DNA of 63,467 nucleotides, counting the filler, from Reticulomyxa filosa (Eukaryota; Protista; Foraminifera): the NCBI GenBank assembly GCA_000512085.1. It is 18 parts of 18 records of this genome, joined end to end, with 100 filler letters (N's around TTAATTAATTAA, not from the genome) between each part and the next. Parts side by side here need not be neighbours in the genome. Positions count along the whole stretch, not along the records: positions 52,078 to 53,440 come from ASPP01048831.1; positions 53,541 to 55,088 come from ASPP01031119.1; positions 55,189 to 57,229 come from ASPP01025102.1; positions 57,330 to 63,467 come from ASPP01002497.1; 14 more parts are not named here. One strand, written 5' to 3'. A program made the position numbers and the translations under genes. Each line of letters opens with the position of its first letter. Within the stretch, counting starts at the first letter, position 1. This document shows, piece after piece, positions 52,826-63,467 of the stretch. The notes under the pieces are model-generated. The model did no database searches and was not told the DNA's origin. It saw nothing but the letters and a program-made list of their open reading frames with translations.

Positions 52826-53540
52826 GATTTTTTTCAATAAAAAGAGTTATTCAAATAAGAAAACGCAGTGAATGAAACTAATGACAATAACAAGATTGTA
52901 CAAAAGGAAATGGAAAAAGCAGAAATTAGAGGGATCAATCAACAAGGGTATTGAAACAATGAAACCTCAAATTATCAGTATGTGTGAATATTGGATTTGG
53001 TAATATTACATTCATTTCAGATAATATATCTTTTAGCTGTCTTAATTGTAAAAAAATCAACAGTTAATTTAATTGTTTATATTTCATTACCAAAATAAAT
53101 AAAATGAAAATCAAATCATTTCTGCAAATGAGATAAGTCAATAAAAAGATAATGGATGTTATTTGAAAAAATATTTCATTGTATTTGATAAAATATTGTG
53201 AATTTAATCATATTAATGTTGCAAAAATCCTCTTCACAATGGTCTATATTACAAATTGTCTCATTCCAAGAGTTGTGTTGTCATCTAAAGAAACATTAAT
53301 CCATCAAATGTTTTTTAAACATATCATTTATGAAATTTATGTTTATGCAGTTTTAATATTTTAAAATCGAATATTCAAATTTTTATTCTTCAAGCCTAGC
53401 AAAGCAATAATCAATTTAAAAACAGAAACAAGCACACGTANNNNNNNNNNNNNNNNNNNNNNNNNNNNNNNNNNNNNNNNNNNNTTAATTAATTAANNNN
53501 NNNNNNNNNNNNNNNNNNNNNNNNNNNNNNNNNNNNNNNN

Positions 53541-53587
53541 GCGGCCTCGACGTCTACCGAAATGAACACCTCGCGATCGCGCTTCAT
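53541..53587 (-). CDS. 5' end of DEDD 3'-5' exonuclease (Cap18-like), truncated by the contig end
   Basis: The ATG overlaps the upstream stop (ATGA). It reads MKRDREVFISVDVEA, an Exo I DxE motif. Only 15 codons are visible. Confidence 0.65.
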
Positions 53588-54747
53588 GAGATCAACGGGT
53601 CTACAGGGACGATGGGGGGGCGATTACGAATGGCATTGTAGTGCTGCCGGAGGGCCTGTCGTCGGGATTCCACACCTCCGTCTGTTGTCCAGCGGTGGCA
53701 CGCAAACGTAGCAATGTCGAATGGCTGGGAGCCGCCCTCCCTCATCATAAGGATCACAGGCAGCGGACGCCCCAAAGCATAGCCGAATTCCAGGAAACAG
53801 TTTGGTCGCATGCCGGTAATGTCGACGACGACCAGACTGCTTTTTTGGAGTTTGGTGAAGATCTCCTGGTCAATGCGTGCTTGATCATACGGTCCGTTCC
53901 CGTCAATCACGGTCAAGGTATAACCGAGGTCGCCCTCGACAACGGGCTTCACGACCGTATCGAAGTGGCTTTGGACATCAGGGAAATCTACGTGCTTAGC
54001 GTCAAGCAGACGAACAGCAAATGCTCGAGGTGGTACTAGGTCCTCAAGCAGATCGATCACCTGCTGAATTCGCTGCTGGACGGTTGTTCTAGAGGTGAAG
54101 TTGATCCGATTAATCCAGGTGTGCGGGAGTTGGCCGCTTGTGTGAAACAGGCGCGGTGCAAATGAACTCGACAAGCCTCGATCAAACAGGCGCAATGAAC
54201 CCGTGCTAGCCCCCACCACAGGGAAGTTGAGCGGCACAACGGGTTTACCGGCCTCATGATAGAGGTTCGCCAAGAAGAGCACCCCCTCGCCGCCTCCAAG
54301 GGTGACTAGAATATCGCCAACGCGCGCCTGAGCCTCCATGCGCTTGCTGTTCATATTCCAGTGAGAGACGTTCTCGATCTGCACGCGATCGGAGCCGCGG
54401 AGTTCGTCCCAGATCGAAAGGAATTCGCTGGGAACCTGTCCTTCGTTCTTGTGATGCTGCACTGCGATCACGAGAGGGTCCGGTGCGCCTGTCGGACGCA
54501 CAGTCAGATTTGCGTGAATGGTGCGCCACATCAGCCAGTCAAAGCAGATTGGGCGGCGATCTGAAGAACGTGTTTTCTCCGCGTCGACTGGGAGCACGAA
54601 CGTGGCGCCACGGCGAATCAATTCCTTGGTGAGCCCTTCTACAAACTGCCTCGCCAAGTCGACGTTTTCTGTGGAAGCAATCGCTGAATCCTCAAGGATG
54701 CTCCCGGCAATGTGGATGCGCCGACCGAAGAGTATGGAGCGCGCCAT
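53584..54747 (-). CDS. CBASS effector candidate: N-terminal SLOG (TPALS/Cap17-N-like) domain + C-terminal TIR-like/nucleoside 2-deoxyribosyltransferase-fold domain
   Basis: GRRIHIAGS and DILVTLGGGEGVLFLANLYHEAGKPVVPL are SLOG motifs. IDQEIFTKLQKSSLVVVDITGMRPNCFLEFGYALG...VIL...PFDI is an NDT/TIR-like motif with the conserved Glu. The true start is probably ATG 54747, with SD GGAGG 7 nt upstream. Confidence 0.8.
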   Translation of the reverse strand: MARSILFGRRIHIAGSILEDSAIASTENVDLARQFVEGLTKELIRRGATFVLPVDAEKTRSSDRRPICFDWLMWRTIHANLTVRPTGAPDPLVIAVQHHKNEGQVPSEFLSIWDELRGSDRVQIENVSHWNMNSKRMEAQARVGDILVTLGGGEGVLFLANLYHEAGKPVVPLNFPVVGASTGSLRLFDRGLSSSFAPRLFHTSGQLPHTWINRINFTSRTTVQQRIQQVIDLLEDLVPPRAFAVRLLDAKHVDFPDVQSHFDTVVKPVVEGDLGYTLTVIDGNGPYDQARIDQEIFTKLQKSSLVVVDITGMRPNCFLEFGYALGRPLPVILMMREGGSQPFDIATFACHRWTTDGGVESRRQALRQHYNAIRNRPPIVPVDPLIS

Positions 54748-55088
54748 CAGCAAGCCTCCATCGCCGGCGACGGCTTCAAACGGTCAAGCACCGCAACGAG
54801 ATGGCAGAAGGTCAGTGGGCCATCCGGAAAGGCAGTCGACAGGGCTGCCGGGTATAGGCGCGTGCGGATGTCCGAATAGGTCCATGCGGGCTGGCCACCA
54901 CGAGGATCAGTCTTCGTCACGAGTTTGTTGATCTGGTCTTCACTAAGGCCAAGTCCGGCGAGGTCCATGGCGAACAAATCGCGGCGATCCTTTGAATTTG
55001 GCCTCGTGAACTCCTCAACTATCGCAGCACGGCGATGAAGCGCCGGGTCGAGAATCAGCAAGCGATTCGTGCACAGGATGACTAGCAC
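54747..55088 (-). CDS. cap6: C-terminus of Pch2/TRIP13-like AAA+ ATPase (CBASS Cap6), 5'-partial
   Basis: VILCTNR (sensor 1), LDPALHRRA (Arg finger), TYSDIRTRLYPAAL (sensor 2 region), and a C-terminal PSPAME as in bacterial TRIP13. Its stop overlaps the next start (TGATG). Confidence 0.8.
   Translation of the reverse strand: MLVILCTNRLLILDPALHRRAAIVEEFTRPNSKDRRDLFAMDLAGLGLSEDQINKLVTKTDPRGGQPAWTYSDIRTRLYPAALSTAFPDGPLTFCHLVAVLDRLKPSPAMEAC
54755..54759 (-). promoter_or_regulatory. Shine-Dalgarno GGAGG for the effector gene
   Basis: cctcc on the + strand, 7 nt before ATG 54747. Confidence 0.75.
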
Positions 55089-55714
55089 NNNNNNNNNNNN
55101 NNNNNNNNNNNNNNNNNNNNNNNNNNNNNNNNTTAATTAATTAANNNNNNNNNNNNNNNNNNNNNNNNNNNNNNNNNNNNNNNNNNNNCAAAGAAAAAAA
55201 TAAAGAACGCAACCAGTATTGGTAAGTCAAAAGAAAAAGAGAGCCAATTAATTATTCAACATTAATTTCGAACACCAAAGACGAACTTAGTGTGGATCCA
55301 TGGCTTTGACAAACTCATCGTTAATTATACTATGTTTTTGTTTTTTATCAATCATGGTGTTAGTTTATTATGATTCAATCGATGGTCTAATTAGCGTTTG
55401 GAGAATAAGATTTTTAGAAAATACTATCAAAATGTAGAGTTAAGCAAGTACGACATCGGTAATAAATTTATTGTGCCGTCAACTTACCAAAGAAAGCAAT
55501 AAATAAACAAAAAGATAACACTTTGATCAGTGTATTGTCTTTATGTAATTTATTAAAAAAATATCAAGGAAAAAATTGTATTTGCATGATAAAGTTTTTA
55601 AAAAGAATAATTTTTTTTCTTTTCTACAAAATATGTCAAATGCAATTTGATTGACATGAAAAAAATATGTTATTTTCATTGCCTATGGCAAAGATATTTG
55701 TGTTAAAAATGAAA

Positions 55715-57060
55715 CTATCCCCAAACACAAATATTTCCTTTGCCAGAGCCATAACATAGATTAATACTGTTGGTTTTCTTTCCTTTCTCTTTTGCTTGTA
55801 AAAATCTAAGACAGTATATTCCTTCATTTTTATCATCTACATTGATTATATATAATTCCTTATTTGACCGAATATCCCAAAATCGAATTGTATTATCAGT
55901 TGATCCAGAACATATCACATTTGAATTACCACCAACAACTTCATCACTACTCTTTATTACAAATGGTGAATATTCAACATCCCATACATCACTTCTATGC
56001 CCATTGAACACTTGAATTTGTTTACCCGATCGAACATCCCACAATCGAATACTATTATCATATGACCCAGATAAGATTGTATTTGCACCAATATTTCTCA
56101 ATTCATTTGATCCATATTTTACACTCCTCACTCCACTTTCATGTCCTTCAAATACAATTAATTGTTTGGTTGTTTCAATATCCCACATTCGAATGGTTTT
56201 ATCGAGTGATCCAGAACAAATAGTATATCCATTTCCACCAATCACGCCAATATTATTACTTTTATTATCATTATTATTATTATTATTATCGCTTTGCAAT
56301 GGTGAAGTATCAACACAACAAATACAATTTTCATGTTCATTGAAAACATGCAATGAATTGGATGTTTCAACATCCCATAAACGAATTGTTTTGTCACCAG
56401 ATCCAGAACACAAATATCTACCACCATTAAATGATGAAAATTTAATACCACCAATCCAGTCTGTGTGTCCATTAAATATTTGCAATTGTTTATTATTTGT
56501 GAAATCCCAAAAACAAATGGTGTTGTCATTTGATGAAGAACAAATGACATCTTGATGACGATTATGATAATGATATGGTGAAAATTTCAGACAAGAAATG
56601 GCATCTGAATGTCCATTGAATGATTGGATTTGTTGGTTTGTTTCTACATCCCATACACAAATTGTACTATCTTGTGCCCCAGAACAAATGAATCGACCAC
56701 CATCAAATTCTGAGTAATCAATGCTCCTTACACAATCTGTGTGTCCAGTGAAATTCTTAAGTAATTTAGATGACAGAAACATCTCAAGCATAATAAAGTT
56801 AGTTGTCTGTATTAAATTATGAACACAACAAATAAGTATTTCATTAAATAAAAACAAAAATAAAATAAACTTACATATTTGGCAACAAGTTTGTCGAAGT
56901 CCTGAATCCACCCTAATTTAATGTTCAATACTCGGATCCAATATTGGATAATTGTTTGAACCTCTTCTTCTTCTGACTGGTTCAACCACAAGTACAAAAT
57001 ACAGAAAATAAAAACCTAAAGATAACTAACGTCTCTAGAAAGATTAAAAAAAGCTTACCA
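55715..57060 (-). CDS. WD40-repeat protein of the expanded lineage-specific family, with short 5' exons
   Basis: Six GH/EH...ICSGS.DxTIRxWD-type repeats plus a degenerate last one, N-terminal IIQYWIRVLNIKLGWIQDFDKLV, C-terminal LCYGSGKGNICVWG*. Confidence 0.93.
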
Positions 57061-57329
57061 ACGATAGTTGCGTTGACATTCTTTTCTATTTTTCCTCTTG
57101 AATCTTAGAATGATATAAGATGAAAAAATGTTTGAACTTTTTTAGTAAATAAAAAAAAGGATAACCCCCTTTGAGTTCCTTTCGCCTGAGATTATTTTCA
57201 TTTGTTTGAAGAAAGAGAAAACAATTAATNNNNNNNNNNNNNNNNNNNNNNNNNNNNNNNNNNNNNNNNNNNNTTAATTAATTAANNNNNNNNNNNNNNN
57301 NNNNNNNNNNNNNNNNNNNNNNNNNNNNN

Positions 57330-58306
57330 AAAAAATTTTTTTTTATTTTTTTTTTTTTTTTTTTTTTTTTTTGTCACCATTATACATATGTAATAACCAC
57401 ACATGCATATGTATGTGAAATGAGTTTGTACTGACCTTGCAACAAAAATGCAGCAATGTAATTCATTCCCTGACAATAGCCCAATCCCGTATCAAAATTG
57501 GCATAAGCGACCAAAATTCTCTTTAAAGATTCCCCAAACATCGTATCTTTTGTTTCCGTGGAAGGATTGCTCGTAGTACTTCCATGGCGTTCGTATACGT
57601 AGTTGTAACCCTGTCCTCCGAATGTTCTATAAATATCTTTTTTGATGTTATGCTCCACTTGGCTGTCGCATGGCTTGGTGTACAAATCACGATAGTAATC
57701 CTTTGGGTATGAACGCATATTGCTCATTGCGCCTGACAACACAAACCATACGTGACTTCGCACGTCATTTGGGATTGGATTTCTATTTACTAATGATTTC
57801 GCACATTGGTGCAATTGCTTTAATGTCTTGTCTTTTTCCTCTTCGCTTTTCTTTTCACTTTTGTTTGTCTCCTTTTCATCAGTGTCTCCAGTCACATTCA
57901 ACACATCTATCCATTGACTCATCAACTCTAACCACAGTGTAGAACGCTCTTTTTCTTGGCGAGATTGCGGATCGTCAAATGGGAGAACTTTGTCGATAAA
58001 GGAGTCCGATTCACTCATGCTGTCATCCTCTTCCAAAGATGGGTTACCTGGAGGCAACGAGGCGGAAATCATTGAATTCGAAATGGAACTTATCGATATG
58101 GAAGACATCGATTCGTTATCATCACCGCCCGAAACTGGCTGTGATTCTTCCAGAGACGATGACAGTAGCAACAGTTTTATGTCTTCTGACATGTCTGAAC
58201 TGTTTTCGCTATTGGCCTTATGTTTTCTGGTTTTGGGCGTCTTTAAATCACGCCCTGTCCCAGTTTTTTTAGATTGTATCACTGGAATTTGATGTAGAGA
58301 AAACAT
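57330..58306 (-). CDS. TBC-domain Rab GTPase-activating protein, 3'-partial
   Basis: IPNDVRSHVWFVLSGA, IKKDIYRTF (R finger), LKRILVAYA...GYCQGMNYIAAFLL (Q finger). Confidence 0.93.
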
Positions 58307-58718
58307 TCTTCTTTTGGTTAATTTTTTTTTCTCCCCTTGGTTCCGAGGCTTATATTACAGCAACGTATACTTTTTAAATAATGTTGAAAGGTCAAATAAA
58401 TTTCAATTGTATGTTCACCGTCGAGACGTAACAAAAGATATGTAACATATATCGATGTGTTTACTTTTTATTTCAATTTTACTCAATAATATTACAATAT
58501 GTAATGTACTCGTCATTGATCGTATTATATCAAAGTCGGATGCGTTAATCAAAAGATGAACTAATTTCATTAGTTTTGATAGTTTTTCATTAAATTAAAC
58601 AATCGTTGTAAAAACAATAAAATTTATTACAATGCAACGGTTCTGATGTGTCACTCAACTATATTTGAGTACAACAGTTTTATTACTACCGAACGGGCCT
58701 ACTGTTTACACGGGATAG

Positions 58719-61863
<3,145 letters not shown>

Positions 61864-62463
61864 AACCCTTCATTGTTTTTGTTTTGGTTTATATATTTTT
61901 TTATTTTTTCCTTTTTTTTCCTCTTCATTGTATTATTTTTTTCGCTGCTCCACACTCTTTTTTTTTTTTTTTTGGCAAAAAACATTATGAATCTAAACAT
62001 TTGTTTTGTGAATGAAATTTGCATTCATTTTGTGAATGAAACCCGGCTTTGTTGAGAAGTAAAATGAATAATACACTCATTTTCTTTTTTTCCGTTTCAT
62101 CTTTTTTTATGCAACACCTCCAAAGTTTCGACTTTAATATGTTGCAGTTCTTATCTTAAAAAGAAGATCCGACGTTTTAATTTGTTCAAGTAACTGCACT
62201 GAAGAGAATGAAAATTAAACTGTTACGGCAATCTGAACTTCTTTGCCACAAAAAAGGCATTTAATTAACCAAAAATTCTTTAGCTGCACGCGCAGCACAT
62301 TGTATATCAATAATGTCTAAAGTTCGCATTAATCCAGCTATAAACGAAAAGAGTTTTGTGTTATTGAGTTGTCCAACTTTTCGCAATATACTGTTTTTTT
62401 TGTTGCACCTTAAAAAAAAGAAGTATATTGCGTATAACCATGCACATTTGTTAATGTACAGAA

Positions 62464-63467
62464 ATGCAAGATTTATTAGGCTCCGGATGCATTGTACTCC
62501 AAGAGGAGGAAAGAAGGATGGAAAGCAAAAAAAAAGAAGGAAGAAAGACAAACAATTGGTATCATCATAAATTTCAAAAAGTGCTTTCATCAATAAACAA
62601 GCGAGTATCTTCATCCGATATGCAATTCCAAATAGATAACAACGCAAACAAAACGTTTTCATCATCGTCACAATCGCCTCATGGCATAATGGGGACAGAC
62701 AATCCACAAAAGCATGATTTATGTTCAAATGAAAACATTGGCGAAAAGCACACTTTTTCAATATCAGTTAAAAAAAAAACAAACTGCTTTAATCAATACA
62801 AATTTAGTAATCTCAATCATTGATTAAAACGTTCCTAGTGCTCCCCTCTCTCATTTTTGAAACGTTGACACATAAAAAAAAAAAAAAAAGAAAGAGATCA
62901 TTGAATCCCTATCATTACCATTACTTGAGTGACTTAAATGAAATTGTGTTTGATGGTCCGCCTGAGGAATGGACCAAGTGGGTTATGATAACTGAGGATG
63001 AAAATGAAGAGAGTGGTGACCCGAAACTCAAGTGCTGGGCATCCCGTTTGGATATTTTGTACAATTGTTACTTCAATTGGTGTTATGAGAGCCAAACGGA
63101 ACAACTGAGACAACTCAAAGCCAATGGCCATGGCTCACGACACAAACAAGCTATGGAACGGAGCAGCAAACGAAACGACCCTCTCCTTTCACACTTGGCT
63201 TGCTGTCGTCAGATCAACAGTATCACCATTCACTCCCTCTTCAGCCAAACCCTGCACATGATTGACCATCTTAACAATCATTCAGGTCCATCCTCGTCCT
63301 TTTGCCACTATCCAAGAGGCGTCAAACTGCCTGTTACCAAATGGAAAATCAATAAGCAAGTTTTTTTAATGGTTTGCAAAAAAAAAAAAAAAAAAAAAAG
63401 AAAATTCCCTTTTCTTCTTTTTGACAAAAACATAAAAAGCACTTATTTCAATTTTTTTTTTTTTTTT
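62464..63467 (+). CDS. Hypothetical protein, 3'-partial; second exon missing from the ORF track
   Basis: ORF 62464-62823, then an open frame from ~62894: SLNPYHYHYLSDLNEIVFDGPPEEWTKWVMITEDENEESGDPKLKCWASRLDILYNCYFNWCY...KWKINKQ, ending at a GT/poly-A intron. Confidence 0.55.

Noticed and set aside
53541-55088. Horizontal transfer of CBASS into the protist genome
   Set aside because: No host flanking DNA, no introns, intact SD and overlapping genes. Contamination by an associated bacterium is the simpler explanation.
5800-57329. Regularly recurring TTAATTAATTAA palindromes as a repeat, CRISPR or regulatory array
   Set aside because: Always embedded in N44 flanks. It is an artificial six-frame-stop contig linker, so cross-contig adjacency has no biological meaning.
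62934-63131. Minus-strand 65-aa ORF
   Set aside because: It is antisense to a longer, more protein-like + strand exon.

Overview
This is not one continuous locus. It is 18 short contigs joined by 100-nt artificial linkers (N44-TTAATTAATTAA-N44). Sixteen contigs are AT-rich, intron-containing protist DNA. The WD40 paralog family, poly-A/T and (TA)n-rich introns and abundant pseudogenes suggest a foraminiferan such as Reticulomyxa (inference, not a database match). Eukaryotic genes include a DEP/EF-hand multipass membrane protein, zf-RanBP2+HSP70, LRR, PX-ANK-DAGK, fatty acyl-CoA reductase, malate dehydrogenase, phosphoethanolamine methyltransferase, WD40 proteins, an RBM25-like RRM, a TBC RabGAP and a PI3K-family kinase, plus LINE and Tc1/mariner remnants. 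Two contigs are GC-richer, intronless and bacterial: 45739-46803 (TIGR03503-like protein) and 53541-55088. The best finds are (1) 53541-55088, part of a type III CBASS-like antiphage operon (TRIP13/Cap6 - SLOG(TPALS)+TIR/NDT-fold effector - DEDD exonuclease/Cap18-like) whose effector has a different catalytic module from the characterised Cap17 PNP; and (2) 26471-26920, an apparently non-coding host gene with one box C/D snoRNA per intron, the first a double guide for two neighbouring SSU rRNA sites. All domain calls come from motif recognition, without searches.
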